Shown: piece by piece, positions 12,650 to 25,970 of the stretch
How positions within the stretch are numbered: position 1 is the first letter of the stretch
How the letters are laid out: every line of letters starts with the position of its first letter
Assembly: GCF_009914755.1 (NCBI RefSeq)
Contig: NC_060928.1
DNA from: the human T2T-CHM13v2.0 reference genome, Homo sapiens
Strand: one strand, 5' to 3'
DNA length: 64,000 bases
Program-made: the position numbers and the translations under genes
Notes under the pieces: model-generated
The model's input: only the letters and a program-made list of their open reading frames with translations
Database searches by the model: none
What the model was told of the DNA's origin: nothing

Positions 12650-12991
12650 CAGTTGTTTCTCGATATTCATTGTTGGACTGGTTTCAGGGACCGCCCTCCC
12701 CCATACCAAAATCTATATATGCTTTAATTCCTGAAATAAAGTGGTGTAGTATTTGCATATAACCTGTGCACATCCTCTTGTATATGTTAAATCTTCTTTA
12801 GATTATTTATAATACCTCATGCTTTGTAAATGCTGTAAATATTTGTTATGCTGTATTTTTTAGGGAATAATAACAAGAAAAAAAGCTTTGTGCATCCTCA
12901 GTACAGATACAGTTTTTTTTCTCCCAATATTTTCAATCCCCAGTTGGTTGCATTTAAGGATGCAGAGCCCACAGATATGGAAAGCTGACTG
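12650..12991 (+). mobile_element. MER2 (TcMar-Tigger MITE)
   Basis: CAGTTG..CTCGATAT / ACAGATATGGAAAGCTGACTG(TA) terminal repeats; core GTAGTATTTGCATATAACCT..TAGGGAATAATAACAAGAAAAAAAG. Confidence 0.88.
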
Positions 12992-13319
12992 TAATTATAA
13001 TTGTTTATTGACCTTACATAGACAGCTACTAAGAAAAGAGCAAAGTCAACAAATTTAAAACGTTATTCTTTCTCAATATCTGGGAGACAGGCCAAACTAT
13101 CATTACCGTAACTTAAAAAGAAAAAGATAATGGGGAGCTAAGTAACTCTTCAGTTATCTAATCCATCTTCAATATTAGAGCGTCAGCTAAAATTGGTCTC
13201 ACTAATAGTTAAGGAAGGAGAACTTGGAGGGAAAAGGTGCATAAATGCTAGTCTTTATCACCTTGGTATAATATGTATATTTTTATTTTTATTATCATAT
13301 ATATTATTATATTAACCAA

Positions 13320-14057
13320 ATAGGTCCTTTTCCCCTATTTGGTTCCTGACACAGAGCCCCTAAAACCCTTAAGGTTTCCTGAGAGATTAGAATGATAGGA
13401 GCATCATTTATTATTAATAATTAGATGATTTCAACTGCAGCTTGAGTTTATGCTAATAAAGTGATTCTTGGCAAACCCTAGATAGCTTTAGCATGGGGCC
13501 TGGTCACTGAGGGACCTACAATGTAATTAGAAAATGGACCTCTCAGACCCACTTCTTGATTTTTAGGAGGTGACAGAGGCTGGAGACTGACTGAGATCAC
13601 CCGTGGCCAATGATTGAATCAAGTATGCCTATATAATAAGGCCATATATAAAACCCTAAATGACAGGGTCTGTGAACACATCAAGGTGCAAGGACAGTGG
13701 CGGTGGTGTACCTGGAGAGGGCCAGGAAGCTCTGCCCTACCACATACCTTGCCTTATGCGTATCATCCATTTGTCTGTTTCTCCATTGTATCCTTTATAA
13801 TAAACTGAAAGAGTAAGCAAAACATGTTCCTGAGTTATGTGAGTCAGTCAATCAGAAGTGTGGGTAGCATCATATCCCATTTTTGGCTGGTCTGTGAAGT
13901 GGGGACTGATTTTATGGATGAACCCTTAAACTGTGAGGCCTGGACTAACTTCACAAAGCATCAGAACTGAATTGTTGGGCACCCAGTTGGCGTTGGAGAA
14001 TTGTTGGAAAAAGGACATGCATTTCATATTGGAAAAAGCCACACATGTGATGGCAGG
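13320..14057 (+). mobile_element. MER21 (B/C) LTR
   Basis: GGTTCCTGACACAGAGCCCCTAAAACCCTT, GAGTTTATGCTAAT, GGCCAATGATTGAATCAAGTATGCCTA, TCCTTTATAATAAACTG and AGAACTGAATTG..CACCCAGTTGG are MER21 hallmarks. Confidence 0.82.
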
Positions 14058-15539
14058 GAAAAGATATTACAATAATATTCACACAATCTCATCTTCATTT
14101 AAACCTAGTGATCTTGCAATTTTTAAAGTAGATGGTTTATGTTACAGTTGCTTATTGTCTGAGGATTATTTTTAAAAGGTAAGAATAGAGAAACTACCTG
14201 GAATTCGAAAGGGAAGCTTGAAGAAATTTAGATTGTAAGTGTTAAGGAAAGATCCTAGAGAGATAAAGAACTAAATAAAAACTAGAAGAGTGCTTAAGTG
14301 AAAAGGCAAAACCAAAAGCATGAGGGATGAAGCTTGTCATTTGCGCATGCCCATTCAAGTTTCCTTACAACTCAGAAATGTAAAGTGGTTCTTTTCCTAC
14401 CTTGGCACATAAGAAAATGAGGAACTTCTAAAAGCAGCTGGAGACAGTTTTTCTTTGTTTTTGTTTTGTTTTCTTTTTTAAGACAGTTACTACTTAAAAT
14501 AAATCAATCACCTCTGGGGGTAGCAGGACATTTGGGGAAATGTTGAAAGAGGCTAAAGACCAGTCGGAGAATGAGCACTCTTTTGAATTAAATTTATGAT
14601 ACCAAAAGTGTTAAAATGTTTGGGAGGCACTCGTGAAATATAAATCTAACATAGGATTTTTATGATGTTTGCAGACACACACACCACAAACTTCATTATT
14701 AAGCCACCTGTTTTACTGGTATAGTTTTAGATTAGAGCAATGATTTTTGAGCCTTTTTTTTTTTTAATGTACTGTCTCATTTTGTTTCGGTATGAACACC
14801 TGAGTCTCCTTATCTCAAACGCTTTGATTTGCTAGTCAAGAGAGGAAGGAAAAGCCTCTTTTACTATTTACTACTTCCTGAGTAGTAAAATGCACGGTTT
14901 TGTAGAAAGGTGGGAAACCGTTGGGAAAAATAATTCTGAAATCCTGAATTTACTTTGAGAAGGTATTTTGTAGCCTCGTACATTTTTTGTTGTTGTTGTT
15001 GTTGTTCAAGACCTATGGTCAGTTTGTCTCATTTCTAATGGTATCATTAGAAATAACTGTACATATTAGTAATTTGGTTGTGCTGGTAGAAGAATAGGGG
15101 ATGGAAGAAAGGATGAGAGGTAAAAAAAATTTAATGTGAAAATTTGTATCAAGAAATTTAGAAAGATGCTATTTGTTTTTTAGTGATTGAGTTGATGCAT
15201 AGTATTTTAATCTATCTAACATGAATTGGATTTTGTAACGATTTCACAAACTGAAGTGGATTTTATTAATTTATATGTTTCTTAATGTAATAGTGATGCT
15301 TTTCTGTAGACATTAATAAGAATTAATTAATTATGATTGTAACAGTGGAGAAAACCAATTACAATCATCTCAACTAAAAAATATTTAGCTATATCATCAT
15401 TTTAAATTAAGTCTGTATTTTTAAAGTATCAATATAATATTAATATATTAATATTGATAATGAGCATTCCTTCAGAACCTGTCTTGTCTTGCAAAATGTA
15501 TCTTCAGTATTTTTCAATCTTACGAAAGCCTCTGAAGTT

Positions 15540-15690
15540 AACCAGTAGTATTTTCATTTTGTACTTGGAAAACTGAGATTTTAAAAAGATAAGTAACTTC
15601 CGCATTGCTACCCAAGAGGCAGCACAGCTGAGATTTGAATTCGAGGCTCTCTGACTCCAAATGCTACGCCTTCTCCTCTCTATCACATTT
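15540..15690 (-). mobile_element. MIR fragment
   Basis: CATTTTGTACTTGGAAAACTGAGATT..AAGTAACTT..GAGATTTGAATTCGAGGCTCTCTGACTCCA, the MIR core. Confidence 0.7.
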
Positions 15691-16423
15691 CTCTCTTTCT
15701 AAAATTATTTTATATTTTGGGGGATTTTAAAAGTTAGTAGATAATATCTGTTCTTTTCATCCTGATTTCAGAACTATTTGAAAAATAAGGCATAGGAAGT
15801 GGAAAAATGAAGATCAAGATGTTAGTTTTGGGAGATATCGTTGTATTTATAAAGTAAAATAGGCTTCTTGGTGCTTCATCTTTGAAGTGGAGAGGCTCTC
15901 ACACCCAATCAGAGACAGAACTGGACAACTGTAGACCTCATTACTAAACATAGCTCATGGTGTAGAGCTGAACTTGACCTCACCAGTGAGGCAAGGAAGG
16001 GGTGCTAGCCTCAGTTTTATCTCCTAAATCTAACCAAGTAAGAAAATGATCTTTCCTCTCCTGGGCCAGAGTTAGTGAGGGTGGGAGAAAAGCTAGGAGG
16101 GGCTCTCATGGATAGAAACATGATTATTACCAAACGAGTACACTCGTTTAAGTGTCTTTATAATGTATTATCAGCATAGTTTGACCATGTTTAAATAAAG
16201 AATGGACAAAGAAGAATTTTGGGTTACTTTATGCCTTAGCCTGCTCTAAAATAAGGTACTAATAACTATGATATTATATGATGATATGATATGATATATG
16301 TAATAAAAGTAAATGTTAGAATGCTAGTAATTAATGTAATCAATGAAGATATTACACTTCTGAATATATTCAGATTTTTTTAAATTATAGATTACAATTT
16401 TATAATTTTTTTTTCCTTTTTAA

Positions 16424-16728
16424 TTTTTTTTTTTTTTTTTTTTTTTTTGAGACGGAGTCTCACTTTGTCACCCAGGCTGGAGTAAGGTGGCGCGATCTCC
16501 GCTCACTGCAAGCTCCGCCTCCCAGGTTCACACCATTCTCCTGCCTCAGCCTCCTGAGTAGCTGGGACTACAGGTGCCCCCCGCCACGCCCGGCTAAATT
16601 TTTGTATTTTAGTAGAGACGGGATTTCACCATGTTAGCCAGGATGGTCTGGATCTCCTGACCTCGTGATCTGCCCGCCTCGTTCTCCCAAAGTACTGGGA
16701 TTACCGGGGTGAGCCACAGCGCCCGGCC
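16424..16728 (-). mobile_element. AluY
   Basis: Poly-T then full antisense Alu with Y diagnostics (GCAAGCTCCGCC, CCATTCTCC, GTTAGCCAGGATGG, CCTCGTGATC). Confidence 0.92.
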
Positions 16729-17767
16729 CATTCTTAAAACTTAGATATTTAATTATTTGAAACTCTTCCACAGTTTCAAAGAAATATTTTCAATCACTTG
16801 AAAGTCAATGCTAATTTCTGAAATACATATGTCACCAGGGATGGATGACCTAATTTACATGAATTGTGATTCAAGTTTCCATCTAAAATTCATGATTGAC
16901 CTAAATCAAATGTGAAAGCTTCGAAGTTTGGTTAACTTTATTCATTACTTTCCTCTTTGTACGTCTTTTTATTTCCTGTTTCTGGCTTGAATTAGAAGCA
17001 GAACCACTAGCAGTGTTAGAAAAGCTGTTTCTATAATGATTCTACCCAACTACAAACCGAAAATGTACAAGTTTCTAAAAGGATTAATATCTAGTTTTTC
17101 AGTATCAGGAAAGACATTTTAATAAATATATTTCCTTTTCTGTATCATGTGATTGTTTAATTAATCTTATTGACACAATTTAGTTGATATAATAAATGTG
17201 TCTTTATATTTGTATTTGCTGAAATATTTAGAAACCAGTTCATATTTCAATATGTACTGACTCTATCTTCAAACATTCATTTCCAAATTGGCAATATGCA
17301 TTTACACAAAATTAAATGCAAATCTCATATAGGAAAATTTTTTTTTATGGTAAGTTTTCACATGGCTGGCTTCTAAATTTTTATATCTTGGCTGGAATAT
17401 GACCTCCTACAAGAGTCCTTTGGTAATATCTGTTATATATAACATAGCTCTAGTCATTATCACACTGTTTTAGTTCTTCCATTGAAAGACATAGCTATTG
17501 GTTAACACCTTGTTTTTATTTGCTTATTAGGTGATTGTGTTTCTCCCTACATTACCATGTAAATTGTATGAGGCCAGTAGGTCATACTAAGTGCTAGTTT
17601 AATAGTTTGAAAATAATTAATAAAAGAAGCTAAATTTCCCTTTCATTTGCTCCAAATAATATATACTCTCCTCTATGTATTTCCACCTGCCTTATTCCTA
17701 TATTCTATACTTACTATATGTATATAAATGTGTGGGTATATATGTGTGTGTGTATAAGGAATGTATA

Positions 17768-18750
17768 CAGCCAATTCACTTTATTCACAGTAGTTGTGTT
17801 TCATAAAATAGCCATGAACACTGAAACAAGTACTGAACCCACTGCTCCAAGGAGAAATACAGTGAGATTCCTGCAAGCCTGTGGTCACACATTTCATCAA
17901 CCAACTCTCCATTTGTATTACATAGTTTCTTTTAAAAAAACATAGCATTGTCAAACAAGCCAGGCTCATCCATGTTGAAAACCTGCTCTTCCACCTTTCC
18001 TATTTCCTGCATAACAGAATCTACCTTGCCTGCAAATTCAACACTTTTCACACTGCATTGGCTTTTGAGACATATGAGCCAGTCAGCACTAACCAAGAGG
18101 GGTTTAACATTTTCTTGACCCTGGGCAAAATGACCATATACTTTGGTCTTCAGCCTCACAACAATGTTCGCTATGCTTTTTTGTTTTTTTTAAAATCAGT
18201 TTTCATTTCATGAATCCACAAATTTTGCCACTTTTCCATCTTTTACATAGGGCTTTCTGGTGCAGCCTCATGTACGGATTGGCAAATTTTTCCTTTTTCT
18301 GTATGTACCATATTATTGACTCATTAACATTGAGTTCACAGCAACGGCACAGTAACTCATGCCTGAACAAAGGGTATTTAATACACATATTTTCTCTGTA
18401 AGGTATATCACAGCCTTCTCATGCTAAGAATACTAGACAGCACCTCAACATTATGTTTGAGGTCATTTTAAATAATGAGATCACCAATCAAAGGCACAAA
18501 CATGAAATAAAAGTGTCATGAAATAGACTGCAAAAAGTACAGTTGCGTTGACAGTATAATAGCTGTTGTTTCCAATATGAGATTGCTGTTTACAGTATTA
18601 AGAGGGTTGTTCAACCTCAGTTATGTGCTTGCCTACAAATTACCATAAACGCACCTTGACCATTGATTTGGGGATTGCGAATAAATCTTAACAAGGAGAC
18701 AAATTTGAAATAAAGGATATAAAATTGGAGAATAAATAGGATTGAATCGA
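17768..18750 (-). mobile_element. MER82/Tigger6-related TcMar-Tigger element with transposase remnants
   Basis: TA|CAGCCAATTCAC start and MER82-like blocks (GAACCCACTGCTCCAAGGAGAAATACAG; ACTAGACAGCACCTCAAC); minus-strand ORFs give ELNVNESIIWYIQKKE (HTH-like) and EEQVFNMDEPGLF (pogo/Tigger FNxDETGL motif). Confidence 0.78.
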
Positions 18751-19656
18751 TCTATATCTTTATGCCAATTATTCTATAAGATCTTTAAGTGCAGATAGGA
18801 TTTATTGGACTTCAGAATTCTATTACATAGCAGGGCCTCAATTTCCTGTGCTTGAAGTGGTATGACGTAGAACCTATTGTCTACTGACAGTATACCCAAT
18901 GTGTGTATTTTGGCTTCAGGGCACTAGATGTGCTTTGATGCATCACTAAAACGTGATTAAAGGCAATATCAAGACCACAGCTGAAGAAGACTGACAATAA
19001 TTATGCAGATAAGTAGAATCTCTAGAAAAGTGATCTGAGAGTTTAAATCTAATATGGAATTAAAATACTAATTTTACAGTCTGAAGAATAAGGTAAAATA
19101 TGGGAGAAAGGTTTAGTAATTCCAAGAATACCTAATGTTTAGTCCATTTGCCTTAATATAAGGACTAGATTTCCATTTTCCCACCACTTTCTGATACATA
19201 CATCTCTTATCCCCCATTTGTGACATAGGATTTGTTTGTATACTCCCATATTTTTATAGAATAGGTTCTGGGACTGATACAAACTGAATATAATTGACAT
19301 GGAGTAAAGCTGGAGAATGTGAAGACTAACACCTTGACAATTTTGCTATTTAACACAATTAAATCATAAATAACACAGTTTATATGAGAAAATATATCAA
19401 AATTTCCAAAGAGCTAACATAAAATAGTAATTGGATTATGTATATAAGTTTGCGTGTATGTAAGTTGGATTTATTTCATTATTTCTATTAACTGGATTGA
19501 CATAATATTTACAATGCCTTTAAAACAAAAAGCGCAATTAAAAAGCCTATAGACATAAATAAGCTAGTTGTGGGAAGATAATTATAGTTTGTATTATTTA
19601 AATGTGAAGTTCAAAGAAGAAGGTGGGGGATATAACTGTATAGAAAGGTAGGAATC

Positions 19657-19960
<304 letters not shown>

Positions 19961-20329
19961 AGAAAGGTAGGAATCAAATCCTGGAATATCGTGTATGTCA
20001 TGATAAAAATCTTTCAAAGTTTTTGTATAGGAAATTTCTTGAAAACAGCTCCAAAATCAAATTAAAAACAAATGCACTGTGTTTTAATGTACAACCTCAT
20101 GTTGATTTCTGGCTGTCTCTCACTTTATCAGTCTCATACCCAAGGAAAGAACTTAGTCTCAACCTCACCTGTTCCAGATTTCTTCCCTTTGTCTACCAAT
20201 GTATATTTTATTGTGCTATTCCCTCATGTCTCCTGGACAAAGGTGTGTGGATTAAGACTCAAAATGTACCTCATTTAGAGTATTAAGTAATCAAATTCAA
20301 TTGCACTTCCTAGAATCACATACCAAAAG

Positions 20330-20455
20330 CTATTCATTTAACTAATATCCACTGAGCACTTTCTATACATGACGCATTATTGTAGGCACATATAATACAG
20401 GAATGAAAAAAAACAAACAGAAATGATTGTCCTGTGGAGCTTACATCCTAGTAAG
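20330..20455 (-). mobile_element. L2 3' end fragment
   Basis: TTCATTTAACTAATATCCACTGAGCACTTTCTAT..TGTCCTGTGGAGCTTACATCCTAGT is typical of the L2 tail. Confidence 0.65.
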
Positions 20456-20859
20456 CATGCTAATATCAAACAATAAAAAAAAAAAAAAGAAAAACAGTCT
20501 CCTCCCTCAAAACACCATTGTTTCTCCCAGGAATTAGTATGGAACATCCTCCAAACTGATTGTGATTTTTGTGACAGTAGTTTCAGTAGTTCTGATAATG
20601 GTTAGGTCCTGAAGAAGCACCTTTGGAAGGAGATGATGAGAAAGAAACAGGAGATGGTCCAGTGGCAAATGCTTTATCTCTGATGGCATCCCCTCTTAGC
20701 TTGCTGTTTTTATGTTTAGTTTAAGTTCTATTGCTTATAGATGGTCTCCTTGGATTACTTTCTTGAGTCCATTATACAAGAAAGGTATTAAAATTAGCTC
20801 TGTAAAGTGTCAGAAAATCACACTTAGACCCTTCTATCACTTACTCTTATGAACCCCTT

Positions 20860-21088
20860 TGAGTCACTTGCATCCTCCTGGAAGCAGACATCGAGACAAA
20901 ATTAAAGGTACAAGAAAATCTTGTTCACAATATCTATGAAAGATAAAACGGAGAGGAGCAAGAGTAGATGGGAAACATGTGCAGACAATACAGGTCTGAG
21001 AGAAAGGAGAATCGATCCCCAGATAGTAGTGCAGCTCTGAGTGAGCTTTGGCCAGTCTAATAGGGAGCTCTGAGACAACAATTGCTAA
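20860..21088 (-). mobile_element. Old ERVL-class LTR fragment
   Basis: TCCTCCTGGAAGCAGACATCGAGAC..TTGGCCAGTCTAATAGGGAGCTCTG resembles antisense LTR16/LTR67-like elements; subfamily uncertain. Confidence 0.45.
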
Positions 21089-21097
21089 AGAATAGAA

Positions 21098-21225
21098 TGC
21101 ATAGAATGTGTAATGATCAAGTCAGGGTATTTGGGTATCCATCACCTTGAGTATTTATCATTTCTATGTGTTGGTATCATTTCAAGTCATGTATTCTAGT
21201 TATTTTTATTAAATATATTGTTGTT
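21098..21225 (-). mobile_element. L1MA 3'-UTR fragment
   Basis: ATAGAATGTGTAATGATCAAGTCAGGGTATTTGGGTATCCATCACCTTGAGTATTTATCATTTCTATGTGTTGG. Confidence 0.75.
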
Positions 21226-22676
21226 TTACTGAGCTTTTTTTTTGCTGATCACAAACATTTACTCATTCTTTTAATTTGAAGGATATTTCTGAAGTCTAGT
21301 ATGCTTTGTAAAATAATTTCTTTCTTAGAGTGAATTAAAATGGGTACTTTTCAGGTATAACACTAGCCTAGCTAAAATAGGAAATATTTGTAAAACGTAG
21401 GTGATAACAGTGTTAATGACCGTTTGTCAATATGAAACTCAGATGTTAATTAAATAACTTTATAATTAAATAAAATTATCAATTTGTTAGGTAATCTATA
21501 GATAAATTACAAAATATCTCCTAGGTATAGCTAATGTTGTGATTAATAATAACATTGACATATGAAGCTATGTCAATAAATATCTTATACACTTCCAAGG
21601 AAGAATTTGGGCATTTTAAATACACTGTTATTGTAAAGATGTATACAGTTCAATACTAGATTCTTCAAAACCAAAATTAATTAGAAAAGTCAAAATTGGT
21701 CAAACTGAAATGTGATATTACTGCAGCTAATATGGTAGTATCCTGGAAATAAAATACAGAGTAGAAATACAAAGTTCTTATTATAATCTAGTGCAGTTTT
21801 TTAGTATTACTGTATTATTTCATTTTCATATTAATGCAAAGCAAATAAGGTAGATCTTAAGAGAAGTAAAGCATAATAATTAAATTTAAATATTATCATA
21901 TTTGAAAAATGTACTAGCTTAGCAGAAAGATCATAGTCTTTATTTTGAGGAAGGATTCAGCTTAAATTCTGACTAAATAAAAGTTACTTTACCTGTTGAA
22001 ATGAAAATTTCCAGTTATAAAATATCAATAACTGAACCAATTTTATACGTTTGTGGAGATAAAGTATCTGCTACAGTTAGTGGTAAATATTAAGTTCTCA
22101 ATGACTGAACATTATGAAAATAATAAAATTTAATTACATAATAAGTTCTCTGTATCATGGTATTATAAGAAAAGCTACAAAAATACATGTACTATAGTAG
22201 TATACTTATATTACACTTATAAGAATTAAAATAAGTTGTCATTTGTATGATTGTTTTATGTTTCTATTAATCTTGTTTTGGATATAAAATACACTTGCCT
22301 AAAGAGTCTTATATACCCTAATTCAGTTCAAGAAAGCTTTGGTACAATATAAGCATAATTAAAAACTAAATTGAGAAGTAAGCCTAAATTAAGAGATTCC
22401 TGGGCAGCTTGTCATTTGGTTTGTGTCAATGAAACCTCCTCTGTCTCTCCGGTATCTAGCTGGACAGTTATACATTAATATTCTTGCCAGCCTTTAGTAG
22501 GATGATTGGACACAAAGAAGTCCTGAATGTTGAAAATACTTTTAAAAAATGAAATTAATTGTATATATGGTATTAGCCAAGAGTTGAGTGTCTTAGAGGA
22601 ATATGCATTTTGCATGCCACTGCTTTGGCAGACTGTTTTCCCAGCATAGCTCTTTAGAGATCTCTGCTGTGATTCA

Positions 22677-22729
22677 CTTATCTGTTACGTGATGCTCACG
22701 GTGAGCAATGAATTGCTTATGAGTCAGCA
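22677..22729. promoter_or_regulatory. Candidate enhancer motif cluster (GATA, bZIP, NF-E2/ARE)
   Basis: CTTATCT (GATA, 22677-22683), TTACGTGA (bZIP-like), palindrome TGCTCAC-G-GTGAGCA (22693-22707), ATGAGTCAGCA (22719-22729; TGCTGACTCAT on - strand). Motif evidence only. Confidence 0.35.
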
Positions 22730-24464
22730 ATGCAGAGTGCTGTTATTTAAAACATAAAACACTCAGCTGTCCTAGCAGACATAATGATGTACCAAAGGCA
22801 GAGGACTAACAAAAAGTCAAGAAGGCTGCTTAGCCTTGTAGTTTCATTAACTTGTTACTTGAGAGTACTCGACTCAAAGGTCAAAATACTAGGAAAGAAG
22901 AGCAGAACTTAGGAGTGGAGTGAGAGAAGCAAGATTGCCTTGTCTCTTTCAGCATTGACTGAACTCATAGAACATCCTTAGAAGCCCGGAGAGATAAAGA
23001 AAAAGCTACACCAAAGTTCTTAGACACTTCATGGTGACTATTTATTTCATTGTGCAATTGATTACAACGTAAAGCTGGGACACGTCAATAATTGCACCCT
23101 TAAAATTATGTTTCACTTTAAACCTTTGTATTTAACAACTTTTATGCAAATGAGTCTATAGAAAGCCACAACAAAATAGATAAAAAGCCACAAGCACCAT
23201 ACAGCAATTATGGCTGATTCTTATCAATTTATAAATAATTTTGTCTTTTTTAAAAAAGAACTAAATTACATTTGGACTTAATTTCTAACAACAATATTTT
23301 AAAATGCGAACGGTGCGTAACAGTCACACAATGCTACCACATCAGAGGCTAGACCCAGAAAATAAGAACTACATAATATCTAATTAAAATACCTCTTTCC
23401 TTAATTTAACTTAAAGCAAATAAGAAAACAGTTAATTAATGTTTTTAAATAATAGATTTGCATCATGACTTGTATATCTGGACAAACTGCATATTAACTT
23501 GGGTGAGATTTTTGATGTAATTGGTTTTAGCGAGGGATTTAGGGTAAAACAGAAGTAGGTAGGCAAAACAGCTCCAACACTGAAAGCTTGTTTTTAAAAT
23601 ACATTTTTCTTCTTACTCTCTCTCTCTTTTAAATTGTATTACTTTATTATTATTATTATTTTAAAACCAGGAGTAAGCCATCTATTTTTCTCAGCCAAGA
23701 TGTCTTGTCGTGTAAAATGGTGAAACTAATAACGATTTTGCGGAGGACTTGAGTGTTTTAGAAATGTGTGTATAATGCTTCCCACATAAAAAATAATAAA
23801 TGGAAACTGTTATAACTTGTTTAAGAGAGAAACTTGACTGCGACATTGGTTACGTATGTGTATGCATATGTCAACCCTCACCCAATCGTAAAGCTTAAAC
23901 ATGTTCATTTTACTGTACATTCAGAAAATTTACTCTAACAAAGCTACAAAAATCTACTTTAAAGTGACCATTGCATATTTTTCTCTCTTTTTGAACAGTA
24001 AACAAGAACATGTAATTGTTTCTCTATCCTTTATAGCATATAAATACAAAAATCACAGAAAAAATAACGTTATTTGTTGCTTTTTATTTACAAACACTCT
24101 TGAAAAAAATCATTTACTATTTACAGACAACTTACGAGACAGAAACGCAGATTTTAAAATAAAAAAAAATCTAAAGGTGAAGTAAACAATTTTTATAGTT
24201 AGAAAACTCCTTAAAGTACCATGGACCACCATCAGATTTCCAGAAGCTGAGTCATCTCAAAACACATACTATGTAACTTAATAGATCTTTCTATGTATGA
24301 AATTACAAAATGTTCTGCCATAAAAATTTCAGAAGATTTACAGCACTGCATGGAAAACATGAAGGAAATATATTTATGGAAATCATATAACAAAAAGAAA
24401 ATATCAAGGAATTACGTAGCACTGTATCTAGGAAATGCCAAAGTTCAGAAATGTACATATTTCT

Positions 24465-24622
24465 CCCCCCCCCCTTCTCGCCCTTCCTTCCTTCCTTCCC
24501 TCCCTCCCTCCATCCTTCCTCCAATCCTTCCTCCTCCCTCTTCCTCTCTCCCTCTTTCTCTCCTTTTCTTTCTTGATTCTTTCCTTCCTTGTTTTCTTTT
24601 TTCCTTTTTACTTATCTTTCTC
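24465..24622. repeat. CT-rich low-complexity / (CCTT)n tract
   Basis: Directly visible. Confidence 0.9.
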
Positions 24623-25555
24623 TAAAATATTAAATTCAAGTATGCCATTGAAGTCCCTTGTGTCTACCCATGCTATTCCCTATCAGAATATTTTTGGTTA
24701 TTTTATATTGTATTGTGTCTTCAACATAAATTAGAGAATCAAGTTCTCCAAATTTGTTTTTTAATTACTTAGGAAAGAATTGGAATTTTAACAAATGAAA
24801 TCTGTTTATGCACTTAATATATATCTCCTTATTTATTTTTTGGTCTTTATAATATTTTTAAAATTCCTCAATGAAGAATTTGTATAACATTTATAAAACT
24901 ATATATGTGAGTTTTATTTTCATTCTAAATTTAGAAACTTTATTGAACTACTCCATATATTTGATAAGTTATAGCTATTTTCTGTGAATCTTATTGTTTT
25001 ATATATTCATTTAACCTGAAAAGTCATAATTATGGTCCATTTTCTCAATTTTTACCATAAAAATTGATGTTTCACCTTATCATTTTAGCTGGCCATGTTT
25101 AAGCTAGCTACATACCTTTGCATGGTTGATTAATAGTGTATTTAATATTCCCTATCATTGCACATTTAGGTGGTTTTCTAAATTTTTAATCAATAATTAG
25201 CTAAAAAATAAATACAATAACTACAACAATGATGATTTTTTTAGAATAAATTCATGAGGGTAGAACGCTTGGTGAAATATTTTTAAAATATTTTCATACA
25301 TATGGACTTCTTTTCAACACAAACTAAATATATTTGCATTTTCAGTAGGGATGCATCACTATCAGTTTTCCTGTAGACATGCTAATTCAGGACATTATGC
25401 TTCAAATCCTGTTTATGGATCACATGAGTAATGTGGTTTCTTAGTGTAATTAGTATTTTTTATTCTAGTAAAGTGCTTTGCCTTAGATCTGTTTTCATTC
25501 CTCAGTTGCTCATTCTAACTAGACAGCTTCTTGGAAGATTTTAAATATACATGTA

Positions 25556-25557
25556 TC

Positions 25558-25588
<31 letters not shown>

Positions 25589-25683
25589 ATATACCTTGCC
25601 TCTAAATATGTGTGTGTATATATATGTATATGTATATGTGTATATTTATATGTATATATGTGTATATAAATAATATATATATA
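25556..25683. repeat. (TA)n / (TG)n compound tract at an Alu tail
   Basis: Directly visible. Confidence 0.9.
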
Positions 25684-25970
25684 TTTTGAGACAGAGTTTT
25701 GCTCTTGTCCCCCAGGCTGGAGTGCAGTGGCACAATCTCGGCTCACTACAAACTCCACCTCCTGGGTTCAAGCAATTCTCCTGCCTCAGCCTCCCATGTA
25801 CCTGCGATTACAGGCACCTGTCACCATGCCCGGCTTATTTTTGTATTTTTAGTAGAGATGGGGTTTCACTATGTTGGTCACACTGGTCTCGAACTCCTGA
25901 CTTCAAATGATCCACCTGCCTCAGCCTCCCAAAATGCTGGGATTACAGGAGTGAGCCACTGTGCCTGGTC
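25684..25970 (-). mobile_element. AluS (Sq-like)
   Basis: Antisense Alu starting GAGACAGAGTTTTGCTCTTGTC and ending GAGCCACTGTGCCTGGTC. Confidence 0.9.

Noticed and set aside
16132-16149. 8-bp inverted repeat AAACGAGT-AC-ACTCGTTT
   Set aside because: Short enough to be expected by chance in 64 kb.
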